Assembly: GCA_964252035.1 (NCBI GenBank)
Contig: OZ176201.1
Direction: 5' to 3' (one strand)
Length of the DNA stretch: 64,000 nt
From: Podarcis erhardii
Taxonomy: Eukaryota
Shown here one piece after another: positions 11,652 to 23,500 of the stretch. Numbering within the stretch: position 1 is the stretch's first letter; the number at the start of each line of letters is the position of its first letter. A program made the translations under genes and the position numbers. Under the pieces are notes generated by a model. The model was not told the origin of the DNA. It was given only the letters and a program-made list of their open reading frames with translations, and did no database searches.

Positions 11652-13998
11652 CCAGCACTGAAGGGAAGCCCACATAGTTAGATAGGGAAATGAAGCACAG
11701 ATTTCTTCTGGTTCTGCTTTTCAGAATAGAACAGGATTGTCAGTTCTATCAATCAGGCAAATTGGGATCCCAACCCTGAGCAGCTTGTCATTTTATCCCA
11801 CGGTGAAAGAAGTGAGGAGAGGGATGTGTTTCATGGGGAGACAAGAATTGCGGGCAAGAAATAGAAGTAGCAGGCCATGACGGTCCTGTTATAAAATACC
11901 TATAAATATCTATAAAGATATTTCAGTCTTTGACAAGCTATGTACATGCTGGCTGGGAGCCACTAAGGTGACTGGAATTGTGTGGGAGAGAGCTGTATGT
12001 ACTTTGAAACTATGCAGGGTGGTGAAGAGACTGTAATTCCTCCTGCCCAGATATGACTCTCTGTTGAGTATCCTGCAGTTCCCACCGATTGCATCTCTAG
12101 AGTGTAGCCAGGGCGGAGAGTGGTGATTGGACTGAGCCTCTCCTTCCACCTTGGGTAATACCTTCGCTGCTGCAAGGCTACTGAGACCATCTCTCTTCTT
12201 GCAGCTCCACCTTCTCCTTCCCACACTGGCTGCACATGCAAAAGTGCTGGTGGCGCAAGCTTAGGGAGGTGGCATTGGGAATATACTGATTGTTCTTTGC
12301 CCTCGCCCTAGCAGGGCGGCACTTGCAGAGTTCAGGCCTGGGCACACTGCCAGTTGGGTTCAAACAACAATCTGGCTGGGAAAAGCCTGGACTGAGTGGT
12401 TGTAAGGGTGGTGAAACTTTGGAAGCAAAGCGGAACTTCTCAGTCAAAGACCCATAAAAGGCCGAATGCTGTGATCTGTATTTGGTTTGCTACTGCTCAG
12501 TCTTCCTCTGGGCATTTCCAAAGTTCCATCTCCTTCCAGTTTTCATTCATATTATGAGGCCTTGTGGCTTTAGAAGCAGGCAGACTTTCCTCCTTTCTCT
12601 GGAATGACCCCAAACTAATCTTGCTTCTCAGAAATTGCATCCTGTAGACAAGCTCAGTTTCACAACTGGCCGCCAGCTGCTACTTTTATCCAAAAAGTTC
12701 ATACAAAGCAGCTTCTTCTACTTCCAAAACACAAGACTTAGGGAGTTTTACATTTGGGACAAGGGGATGGGAGTCCTCAAACACCTGCAGCACAAGTGAA
12801 AAGCCTTTTTGCCATAAGTGTGCAAACCATTTTATGGCTTGCACTTGTGTCAGTGAGGTATTGGACATGTAGTTTTGTGTGTGTATTGAAAATACTAACA
12901 TGGCTTTTAAAAGAGAGAGAGAGAGAGAAAATTGTATGCATATGTGATGTGGTAATTAATGTGCCTTAATATATGTATTTGTGTGCAGTGCAGAAGTGTC
13001 CACTAATGACCACTTGGCCAAATTTCTTTCCCACTGCCTGACCACTCAGATGCAAAGCAAGAGATAAAAGAGGAGCATGATGAGAGTTGCAGCTGTCACA
13101 AGCTTCACTGACAGGCCACTTTAGGGGATGGAGCTTTGGGTTCTGGGCCTGCCAATCCTATTCCATTCTGAAGTGGCCATCTAACAAAATCGAGTTGCTG
13201 ACCAGAGGTATAGGGAGAAAGAGTACATGTGCACTGGTGCTAATAGTGTGTCTGAAGGAGGAGCAAATTGTTGCACGCCACCCCAGTCTCTAAGTGGTGC
13301 AAGATTGTAGGGTACCCAGGGCTTGGTTTCCTTTGGAATGAGGGACAGTGGAGATTGTCGTGTCTTTATGTTGTGTGGTTTATTCACACATCTATACAAC
13401 CCGAGCCTACGATGGAGGGGTTCACAGCATTAACATCCCAAGAGGATCTTGCTTCTCCCTTCTCCACAGACTTAGATTCCAGCAGAAATCAGGCATAGCT
13501 CTGTCTCCCAGCTGCTCAGCCAGGCAACTTCTAGCTCACATAACTCAAGACCTAACTCTGGCTTTGTCTTTGTAACTACCAGCGAGTTGAGGGAGGGGAA
13601 CCCACCCATGTGACTTCTAGCACAGAGCCACTTCCTTTGTTACCTTAAAGGCCCATACTTATAAGTTCATTACCTTACTGGGAAGCTAACATGGCTATTT
13701 CAGAAATGGAATCTGTACTGGATCCAACAATTAGAAGTGGGGTCAGGCCAGATTAGAGGCAGATTTAGGGGAGCACTGGGCGCAGAACCTTGGGGGCACT
13801 GTTGAGGACGCAGCAACTATGATTTACAGTGAAGAACAAGAGGCAGAGAGGTGCTAATTTTTGACGCCACCCAGGGTGCTACTGAAAAATGAGAACCCAA
13901 AGTCTGCCACTGGTCAGGCATATAGCCCCCCCCTAACTCATAACACTCTGTAATGCAAGTGTAGTTAAGGTCTTTGTATGAAATAATGGATTTTAGGA

Positions 13999-14530
13999 AT
14001 AATAATAATAATAATAATTTTATTATTTATACCCAGTCCATCTGGCTGGGTTTCCCCAGCCACTCTGGGCAGCTTAAAGGTAAAGGTAAAGGGACCCCCG
14101 ACCATTAGGTCCTGCCGTGACCGACTCTGGGGTTGCGGCACTCATCTCACTTTACTTGCCAAGGGAGCCAGCGCACAGCTTCCGGGTCATGTGGCCAGCA
14201 TGACTAAGTCGCTTTTGGCGAACCAGAGCAGCACATGGAAACGCCGTTTACCTTCCTGTCGGAGCGGTACCTATTTATCTACTTGTACTTGGACATGCTT
14301 TCGAACTGCTAGGTCGGCAGGAGCAGGAACCGAGCAACAGGAGCCCACCCCGTCGGGGGTATTCGAACCACCAACCTTTTGATCAGCAAGTCCTAGGCTC
14401 TGTGGTTTAACCTACAGCACCACCCGCGTCCCTCCTGGGCAGCTTATAACATATCTGAAAACATAATAAAAACACCAGTCCTTAAAAACCTCCCTCAACA
14501 GGGCTTCCTACAGATGTCTTCTAAAACGTA
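13999..14530 (-). mobile_element. L2-type LINE 3' fragment interrupted by a Sauria SINE
   Basis: (AAT)n tail followed by the reverse complement of the same 3' end seen at 20690-20803 (cccagccagatgggc / tggggaaacccagcc). The sequence resumes after the SINE. Confidence 0.65.
14077..14434 (-). mobile_element. Sauria SINE, full length
   Basis: (ACCTTT)n tail, tRNA-like head with GGTTCGAAT box on the - strand, and 12-bp TSD CTGGGCAGCTTA at 14065-14076 and 14435-14446. Confidence 0.85.
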
Positions 14531-15014
14531 AGTTTAGGTATCTGTTGTACTAAGTATGTAAACAGAAACAGTGTTCTGTACTTTAGTGTAAATCAGTAAT
14601 GCTGGCACTGCCCATTCTGGTGGCGGCAGACATGAAGAGGAAGCAGCATTGATAGGGTGAGGCTGCCTTCCTTCCTTCCTTCTTTCCCAAAAGCAGTAGC
14701 TCCCCACCCCCCTCCAACAGCCACTTCCCTTTTTCTTCCTGTGCAGCCAACATCGCCCATCCCTGGCGCTTGCCCTCTGCTGTCTGTTAGGAAGTCAGGG
14801 GTACAGGCGGGGAGGTGTCATCCAAACAAATGGGTGCCTCTTTCTCATAGCACTTTTTTCCTGCTTCTTAACTACCATACAGCTGCTGTGTATGGTCACT
14901 ATGCTGATCTTGCCTATATTCAAGTTTTTTTACACATAATTGTCAGTCTTCTTGTTTTAACTATAGGACAGAATATAGGAAGCAGCCTCATATCAAATCC
15001 ATGTAGGTCCACAC

Positions 15015-15592
15015 CAGAGCTTTCCAAACTTTTCATGTTGTTGATACACTTTTTAGACATCCATTATTTTAAGGTAAAGGTAAAGGTACCCCTGCCCGTA
15101 CGGGGCAGTCTTAACAGACTCTAGGGTTGTGCGCCCATCTCACTCAAGAGGCCGGGGGCCAGCGCTGTCCGGAGACACTTCCGGGTCACGTGGCCAGCGT
15201 GACAAGCTGCATCTGGCGAGCCAGCACAGCACACGGAACGCCGTTTACCTTCCTGCTGGTAAGCGGTCCCTATTTATCTACTTGCACCCGGGGGTGCTTT
15301 CGAACTGCTAGGTTGGCAGGCACTGGGACCGAGCAACGGGAGCGCACCCTGCCGCGGGGATTCGAACCGCCAACCTTTCAATCGGCAAGCCCTAGGCGCT
15401 GAGGCTTTTACCCACAGCGCCACCTGCGTCCCATTATTTTGCAACACATTAATTCAATTTTACTAGCAAAGCAGAGGTTAAATGAACCCCTTTGCAGCCC
15501 GAGGAGGAGCGTGAGGAGTGTTCGTGTGATATACCTACACACTGCGGCCGACACACTAATGTGTCTGTCACGACACAGTTTGGAAAACTCTG
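15015..15592. mobile_element. hAT (Charlie-like) MITE carrying a nested Sauria SINE
   Basis: TIRs CAGAGCTTTCCAAAC / GTTTGGAAAACTCTG; 8-bp flanks gtccacac / gtctgcac. Confidence 0.6.
15071..15430 (-). mobile_element. Sauria SINE, full length (diverged from the 14.1-kb copy)
   Basis: aaggtaaaggtaaaggt tail, tRNA-like head, and TSD ccattatttt at 15061-15070 and 15431-15440. Confidence 0.85.
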
Positions 15593-15889
15593 GTCTGCAC
15601 ACATTGACTGGCAGTGTCTCTTCATGGTTTAACACAATAATTTTGAATAGCCCTACCTGGAGTGAACCTGGGACCGTTTGCATACAAAGCACACAGTAAT
15701 TCAGACACTAATATGGCAACTGGGCGCTGGTTATCTTTCCTTGCTACACCCAAACACGCACTCCACCAGTGTTTCCTGGTGGTTAGCTCAGTTCCAGAGT
15801 GCTGTAGGGGAGGACACTAGGTTTACTGCATGCAGGGCAAAGGTCTCTCCACACGTAAGCTGTTCATCAAACAAGCTTCACTGCTCTGA

Positions 15890-16001
15890 GTAAGGTAAAA
15901 TAAATAGCCCCGTTCTTTGGAAAAACAACTCAGGAGTATTCTTCAGTAAGGTAAAATAAATAGCCCCGTTCTTTGGAAAAACAACTCAGGAGTATTCTTC
16001 A
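15890..16001. repeat. Perfect 56-bp tandem duplication
   Basis: gtaaggtaaaataaatagccccgttctttggaaaaacaactcaggagtattcttca appears twice with no mismatches. Confidence 0.95.
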
Positions 16002-16149
16002 GTAGTTCCATGGATACTCTCCCTTCGTTTTGGGGAAAACAACCACGTCTTTATTTGAACCAAGGCTGGGAACTGGAACATGTGGGCTCGGCTCTCTTAA
16101 ATCTGGTTTTTTCTGTCAAGGTTGCAGCCTACGAACGTGAGAAACAACC

Positions 16150-17350
16150 TATTAAGGGCAGGGTCTTTAACAATGCGAAGAGGGAGCCTCCTTCACTACG
16201 AAGCAACCACAGCCCAGCCATGTGGAGCTAAGGAGCCCAGCTTCCAAGTCAGGCATCAGACGTCCTGGGGGTGCCTTAAATACCAGCATCAGGGCCCCGT
16301 TTAAACAAGACGCCAGGCAGGCAAGGATCTATCTCGCACACGCGGAGCCGCCTTCAAAGGCCGCTGCGGCGCAATGTTTGCACGCCATAGCAACGCCTTC
16401 CTGGCCTGCGGGTCTGCGGCGTCCCGGCAGCGCCCACACAGGCGCGTGCAAAGTCGCCCCCTGTTCCTCTCGCGGGCCCGGCGTCACGTGTGAACGGCGG
16501 CCTGGATCCAGGTGTTCGGCTCCCCGCCCTTGCAGGGAAGTCTCGGGAGCGCGGGAAATGTAGGTCAGGGCGGAGGGATACGCTGCCTCTGCCCGGCCTC
16601 CCTAAGCCTCCTGGGTGGCGTGTGCGATTAAGAGGACAAGCTGGAGCCTGCGCCTGCGCCTGCCCCCTCCGGCTGCATTCCGCCCCGGCTACGCGGCCTC
16701 CGCTCCGCCCCCGGCTCCTGCCCGGCCAGCGCGGAAGCGGGGAATTTCCTGGCACCACTTGCGGAACAGGAAGGCGGAAATGAAAGCAGCGCCGAGCCAA
16801 AATAGATCGGGGAGGGGAAGGGAGCGGCGGTGGCGGGGGGTTTCGACTCTCTTAAAGGCGCAGAAGTCGCCATCGGATGAAAGGGTTTCCAATGTATATT
16901 CAAAACAAAGCCGGTGGGCGGGCGTTCACGAATCCACACGATCCTTTCCCGCCCGCTTCCCCGAACACACTGGTCTTTCTGGTCTAAAGAGGTTCTGCCC
17001 CAGGTCAACGCGATTTAGAGCGCCGACGCCGTGCGAAGAAAGGAAAACCCATTTTTTTCCCCGGCTCGCACCCTCTTGCTTCTGAGTAAGCTTGCTTGCC
17101 AGTTCCCCGGCTCCGTACAGCGCTAGAATTTCCTCCAACGCTTCGAAGATAGCACGGAGTGGGGAGATTGGCGAGGGTAATTTTAGTTGGCTAATCTGAA
17201 GTCGCCGCCTTTTGTTGCTGCGTGTACCACTCCTGCTTTTGTACTCTAAACCGCAGAGCGACACTGTACGGAATTGAAGCAGGCGAAGCTTTATCTGCCA
17301 TGCTAGAGAAAGCTTCGCTTAATTTTTGCCTGGCACGGTTCGGTGATATT
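16150..17350. promoter_or_regulatory. Orphan CpG island with housekeeping-promoter motifs
   Basis: High CpG density; GTCACGTG 16483-16490; NRF1-like TGCGCCTGCGCC 16649-16660; several GCGGAA ETS cores at 16730-16782; GC boxes. No recognisable coding gene starts here. Confidence 0.65.
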
Positions 17351-18574
17351 AGCAAAGCCAGTTAAAATACGTGACCAACCACAACTTTTTATCAATTTAA
17401 AGTGATCGCAAGGGCATCTGTCCTGAGATACTTACCCGAGGGCCTTTCCATCCTTTGTGCAGCGGCACAATTATAAACTAAGCAAACCCTTCCCCGTTTC
17501 CTATGACTGACAGCCCCTTCAAATTCTCCTGTGATCCCAGCTCCCTACAACAGGCCCTCGCAGGCTGGATTCCCTCCCAGTTTGGGATCGCAGCCCCTCT
17601 TGCTTGGTATTCCAGCTCTACCACTCCCCCAGACCAGTCAAGCGTCCCCCCTCCTCACAAAGATATGCAGGAGGATTTGTCTGGAAGGCAGAAAGCCTAG
17701 AAAAAAATGGGGAGGGGGGAGAGAGAGCGCCTGAATCAACAGCTGCATCCCATTCCCTGGCACTTAGCCAAAGAGCCTTAAAGCAAATGAGAAGAATAAT
17801 GCTGCAGTCTTTCCCTTGCTGTTTGATTGTTCTTGTTTTATGTAAAAGGTAATACTAAACTTAATAGTGCAAAATCATTCACTTCATTTACTGCTGCCAT
17901 CTCATTCTAAACTCAAACTCTAGTACAAATCTGACTAGTCACCCACAAAATATGCATTGCATAAAACAATCCTTTGTTATTGTTTTAAATCCTTTGTTGA
18001 ATCACATTCATTGTATGTGCAAAAATACACATATACAAACAGGTGCGAGCTGCTCAATGCACTTTTTTTCAGCTGAAGAGCATGGTAAAACTGCTGCAAA
18101 TAAATCCAAAGATTTTAACATAAAATCAATATTGAGCAAGGTTGCTGCCTTGGACACCTTCAGAATACAGGGCTAGATGTGGGACGCTGTCTGACGAAAT
18201 GCCTTTACTGTACAGCACTCCTGCTCTGATTACAGGCTACAGTGGGAAGTTACCTAGCAGTACAGAGATATGTACAGAAATGAGTTTCCCAAGAGATGAT
18301 TTCTGTGGTACGCTAATTGGCTTCAGTACTTGATTCTAAAAGCAGGTGCTTCTTTTAATTGGTTTGTAAAAGTTGAGGACGCTGTTATTCTGAATAGGAG
18401 TATTTCCTTTTTTTAACTGGGCAGAAAACCTGAACAGTACAGGAAGTACAGTCAGAGCACACTGTAGATGTTTGGTTGGCTAAGAACTAAACTACAGTTC
18501 AAGTGAAATACATTGCGTATTAACACACTAAACCAAGTTGGCAATGTAGCCAAAGCATCTCTAATAACCATCAC

Positions 18575-18580
18575 TTTATT
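18575..18580 (-). terminator. Likely WDR83OS polyadenylation signal AATAAA
   Basis: tttatt on the + strand, about 130 nt downstream of the WDR83OS stop. Confidence 0.6.
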
Positions 18581-18708
18581 AATGCAGCAAAATGAGTACT
18601 CCCAAGACATGTACAAATGGATCTGCATTGCCTGAGAAAATAGTCCTCTCTGTTGAGGGCGTGCACCTCTGTTTTGCAAGAGGAGCTCTGAAGAGAGGCA
18701 ATAACCTT

Positions 18709-21700
18709 TCACCAAGGAGGAGACATGGGTTGTGGGTTTTGCAGATAGGACATCACAACAGCCGAGATAGACAACCTGGAAAGAAGACAGGAGTTATAAT
18801 CAGGGCAGGAACGTTAATATTACACCAATAATAGCAATGCAAATAGTAATGTCAACAGAATGAATTACAAATGTGACCAAAGAATCTCAGTGTGTTCAGT
18901 GTATTCAAATTAAAAAGTTTATATGGGATGTGTTACTAAGCTTGCTTGGGAACTGTGTATTTGACTTGAGTTTGAACCTGATTGTGGATCCTGTGTGTGC
19001 ATCCCTCAGAGACACTGGAGGATTGGGGAATGAGTCTGGTACAAGGGGAACCTCTTTCTGCTGCAGCCGCTAGACCAGTTCCCAAAGAAGGAACAGCTAG
19101 CCACAGATAGAGCTGGCTCAGAAAATTAGCACAATAGCCATATTAAAGTGAGCTAGCATGTACATTAGGATCCTTGGGATCAGGGATGTGGAGCCTGTAG
19201 TCTATCAATATCTGGAGGGCTACAACTTTATAAACATCCCTGACTACTAGCCATGCTGGCTGGGGCTGATGTGGCTTAGAACCCAACATCTGGAGAGCCC
19301 CAGCCCCCCAGCCCTAGTCTGGCTAGTGAAGCAACACTTCAAGGTTTCTGGGAAGTAAATGACTTAATCAGAAAGAATGGAACTTATTAAGAAAAAGGCA
19401 GAATAAACATTTATCTGTGAATACGTTATTACAAGGTCCGAATGATTAAGGCTACCCCAAAATGAGGTTGAATAGATTAGGAGGAAAAGGAAGAAGTATT
19501 GTTACCAATGATTAATCTGCTGAGACAAGCAGCAAAAGAGAAATTATCAGTGTGGTAGGTTAAATATAACTAGAGAAATTAGCCCAGACTGGATTTGGGC
19601 ATGGGGAAGATTGGATTAGTTACATCCAAGAGCTCCATTGTGGGTATTCAAGGTGCCAGGCCACTCATTTTCATTCCAATGAAGGGATCCTCAGGGTGGG
19701 GCTTGCCTTGAGCTTTATAATCTTTCAGAGCAATAGTTTCTGGGCAAGAGATGCTGGTTGAAGTTTCCACACAAGTGCTGTACCCTTAACTTTCCATGTG
19801 CAACTGCATACTGTTTGTGGCAAAGGGAAAGCTGCTGTGTGCCTCTTGTCTCAAAGTAAACTTGGCAGCAGTAAGAAATTAACACAGGACTCAATGAAAG
19901 GCTGAAAGAAGTAAAAGAACCTGACTCACATGAAGCTGCTCATCATCTGTTTGGTATCTTCTGAACTCCGAGAGTTGGCAAAGCTGATGAATGAACAGTA
20001 GACCGCAATCCAGGCACACCACTTTAGCTGCAAACAGCACAGAGTAATGTAGTGAAAGCTTTAATGAAGTCTCAAGGATTAAGCAATACTATTTATTCCT
20101 TAGTAAAAGTGTAAAACCATGATAACCACTCTGCCTTGTTTCTTTACTCAATTCATAGGAAACTTCCTTACGGTGAGTCAGACTACTGCTCCATCTAGCT
20201 CAGTATTGTCTACAATGATTGACAATGGCTCTCCAGGGTTTCAGGTAGGGGGACACTCCAATCCTTACTTCAGGGATGCCAGGGATGGTATTGGGAGCAA
20301 AGTAGATGTTCTGTTATTGAGCTTACGACCCTTCCCCTTGAGGAACTGCCGCTGAGACCATATAACACCGGTCCTGAAAGATCTTCATTGGCTCACAGCA
20401 AGTTTCCAAGCACAATTCAGAGTGTTGGTGCTGACCTTTAAATCCCTAAACGGCCTCGGTCCTGTATACCTGAAGGAGAGTCTCCACCCCCATCATCCAG
20501 CCCGGACACTGAGGTCCAGCCTGAGGCCTTCTGGGGGTTCCCTTGCTGTGAGAAGTGATGTTACAGGGAACCAGGCAGAGGGCCTTCTTGGTAGTGGCAC
20601 ATGCCCTGTGGAATGCCCTCCCAGCAGATGTTAAGGCAACAAACAACTATTTTACTTTTAAAAGACAACTGAAGGCGGCCCTGTTTAGGGAAGTTTTTAA
20701 TGTCTGATGCTGTATTGTTTTTAATATTCGGTTGAAAGCCACCCAGAGTGTCTGGGGAAACCCAGCCAGATGGGCGGGTTACAAATAATAAATTATTATT
20801 ATTATGTAATACTTATTACAATTATTAACTAAAGCCATTGTTCAAAGACTTGATATAATTTCAGACTCCTACTACAATTGACAGGTGTTATTACCTCTCT
20901 TATCTAGAAGAAAAGTGAAGTACTCTGACTCAGAGGTCTTTATAAGTAATTGCAAATTACACTCCATAGCTAACATGAATTGAATCATCATGAAATCATT
21001 ATTTACTCTCAACATTCAAATGATTGATCAGCCTTTGTGGCCCAATAAATGTTCATCATCTGTGCACTATTCTCTTATCTGACTATTGTGAAGAATTGTT
21101 TAGCAGTTGGGTATGGGTAGCATTCCTTGGAGAGACTAAAATAGCAGGGAAATAGGGAAGGTTTAAGCACAGGAATATTATGCAGTTAATCTGACAGAAA
21201 GAAGGAAAAGAAGCTGTGTCATTTACTACTAGAATAAGATTCTCAATCCAGGTCTGTTAGGCACATTAAACTAACCTGGGGTTGTTGATGACAGATTACC
21301 TTCCAGAGATTATATGATTTTCAAAATTATACAATCCAACAGCAGTGTAATAATTACAAGATAACAAGCAGCTGGTAGAATCTTGTGCTTAATTTGCTCA
21401 GCTAGTCTTCTGCATGTCCTGAAGTCAAAAGGCCAAGCACTGCAATACTCACCTTCAGCATCAAGCCACACATACTAAAAATCATTCCCAGTAGATTCAT
21501 GTAGTCTGGTGTGGGGTCTTCCAGGGTAGGGTTATTCTCTGTGGATGGAGGTTTGTATCTATAAAGTAAAAATCCAAATTATGGTGGAAAGAAAATATTT
21601 TAAATTATGCTTGAAAATAAAACATTAGCTTTATCCACCACCATATCAAAATGGTAAGACATCAATGGGAGTTTCTCTGCTGCTAATAAGGCTTTGTGTA

Positions 21701-23277
21701 GCTTCAAGCCAACATAGAGTTGTTTAGGTGTGGGGAACCTTTAGTCCTCCACATGTTGCTGAAGTACAACTCCTATCAGCTCCAGCAAGCATGGCCAATG
21801 GCCAGGAATAAAGGAAGTCATATTTAAGTAACATCTGGAGGCCAAACATTCTCTGAACTTGCTCTAGTGCTGTGGAAAAAGAAATGGTGCCAGTCTCTCA
21901 CAGTTCAAGAAAAACATCTCTCCTAAAGGTTACTCAGTCACATCTTTCTGGATTTTCCTAGCACTCATTACATGAATTTGTTGTGGAAATTATATACTGC
22001 ACTTCTTCTGTATGTTGCAAGAATGAGTGCTTTCTATATACCCATGAAATCATTAGTGACCAGCAACACAAGCAACTAATACTATTCTGTAAACTTTTAA
22101 AAACTTTGTTTTATAAAAAAGGTGTTACTGCCCTGTGTTTCTGGCATGTTCATGTGCCCGTTTTAAAAAAGTGATGGATATGTGTTGGGAAAGGTTTCTA
22201 GCTAAGTGACAGCACAACATTCTTTGCATACTTAGGGTGGAATTCAATGTAGTGCTAAGTAGGCTATATGCATGTACAACATGAGGTCTGCTCATGCAAC
22301 AATACTCCCCCCTGCCCCGCCTAACGCTGTCTGGGGGACCACCCAATCATCCAGTGCATATTTAGGGGGTGGAGCGAGTATATGGTTAGGAAGTCCTACT
22401 GCATATGTGGACTTTGTTCTGTACACGCAACAACGCTGTTAAATCCTGCCCCAAATGTCTCCAGGTCAATATACAGAGCAAGATGTGCCAAGTGTAAGTG
22501 CCTATGAGCAAGGTCATCCTGAACGCTACAGCAACAGCTCACCACTTTCTTTGTCAACAACAAATTGTTGCTCTTTTTTGTGTTGAATATATGCTATATG
22601 ATAATCTATGGACCTAACAGGTATCTAAAGCCATTTGCACATAACAAAATATGTATTTTATCAAAGTAATTATTGAACTGAAATACAATTAAGAAGAAGT
22701 ATATTTTGGAAATGTACATCCAGTTTTTCCCCCTTTAAATTTTTTGGGGCCCCCAAGAGAGTGGGGCCCTAAGCTATAGCTTGTTGGCTTATACGTAAAT
22801 CCGGCACTGCACACGCACACACATATATCCCCCGTAAGTGTGGACTGGTGGCCACACTATTCTCTTTGAACAAGGACTTGCAGTTGGGGGCACATTTTGA
22901 TCCTCACCAGTCAACCACCACTAGCCATCTCTGTCCCTGAATCTCCCTCTGCTGCAGTTTCCCCCATGAAAAGTTTTCCCAATTGCCCAGTCTGGTGGCT
23001 ATTAGGAAAGGCCGCCTCTCTCTCTCTCTCTCTCTCGCCCTCCGCCTTGCGTTTCCATGGCGACCCCATGCCCGTCCCGCGCTACAGCGAGGGGTGACGT
23101 CTCAGCGCCCCCTTCCGCATCACACGCCACTCCCTCGGCTCAATCTTTCCGTGCCAAAGGTCGCCCCGCTCGCGCCCTCTCCATGGCTTTGCCCGGGCAG
23201 CTCACCCGCCCCCCCCCCGCCGCTGACCTGAGAACGCGATTTGGGCGCCGCGGGTCCATTACGTTGTTACCGGCCAT
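18709..23277 (-). CDS. WDR83OS: PAT complex subunit Asterix (WDR83 opposite strand), 106 aa, 4 coding exons
   Basis: Exons 23228-23277, 21453-21558, 19930-20027, 18709-18775 (321 nt, GT-AG, phases consistent). They give [106 protein letters not shown], nearly identical to recalled Asterix. Confidence 0.96.
19181..19316. mobile_element. Short palindromic squamate MITE (hAT-like family; related copies about 1960-2060, 21724-21855, 24712-24840)
   Basis: Shared core ...ccatgctggctggggctgatg...aacatctggag... with loosely palindromic ends; recognised by recall. Confidence 0.5.
20155..20337 (-). mobile_element. tRNA-derived squamate SINE with CR1-like tail (degraded)
   Basis: The - strand starts ggggaagggtcgtaagctcaa (A-box-like) and contains gtagacaatactgagctagatgga and a ttcctat tail. 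Confidence 0.5.
20350..20803 (+). mobile_element. L2-clade LINE 3' fragment in WDR83OS intron 2
   Basis: Translates [13 protein letters not shown]...[23 protein letters not shown]...PARTLRSS, typical of the L2 ORF2 C-terminus. It ends in an (ATT)n tail. Confidence 0.75.
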
Positions 23278-23500
23278 CGTGCACCGCCTCTGGCTAACTC
23301 CGAGCAGCGCCCCCCCCCCTCGGCCGCCGCCGCCGCCGCCGCCGCCACACCAACTTCCGCTTCCTTTCAGTGGCGCAAGGGGGACAACTAAGAGTGCAAC
23401 ACCCCGGAGTTCAAGTCTTCTCGTTCCGGTCATCATTCCCGAGGCCGCAGTACTTGGAGACGGTTTAGCGGATTAATCTTCCGTGGGGAGATGCTATGGG
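23000..23500. promoter_or_regulatory. CpG-island bidirectional promoter for WDR83OS (-) and WDR83 (+)
   Basis: Head-to-head ATGs at 23277 (-) and 24455 (+); ETS-like CTTCCG and TTCCGG; (GCC)8 at 23323-23346; (CT)n at about 23008-23035. Confidence 0.7.

Noticed and set aside
14340-14434. tRNA-like sequences with TTCGAA boxes (also about 15340-15430 and 54100-54172)
   Set aside because: These are SINE heads attached to SINE bodies, tails and TSDs, not tRNA genes.
15890-16001. Direct repeats (also 2491-2566 and 25138-25192) as a CRISPR-like array
   Set aside because: Two or three adjacent units without unique spacers, no cas genes, and a eukaryotic context.
16615-17264. ORFs of 156 aa (+) and 112 aa (-) in the orphan CpG island
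   Set aside because: No recognisable homology; GC-driven open frames, one with a non-ATG start.
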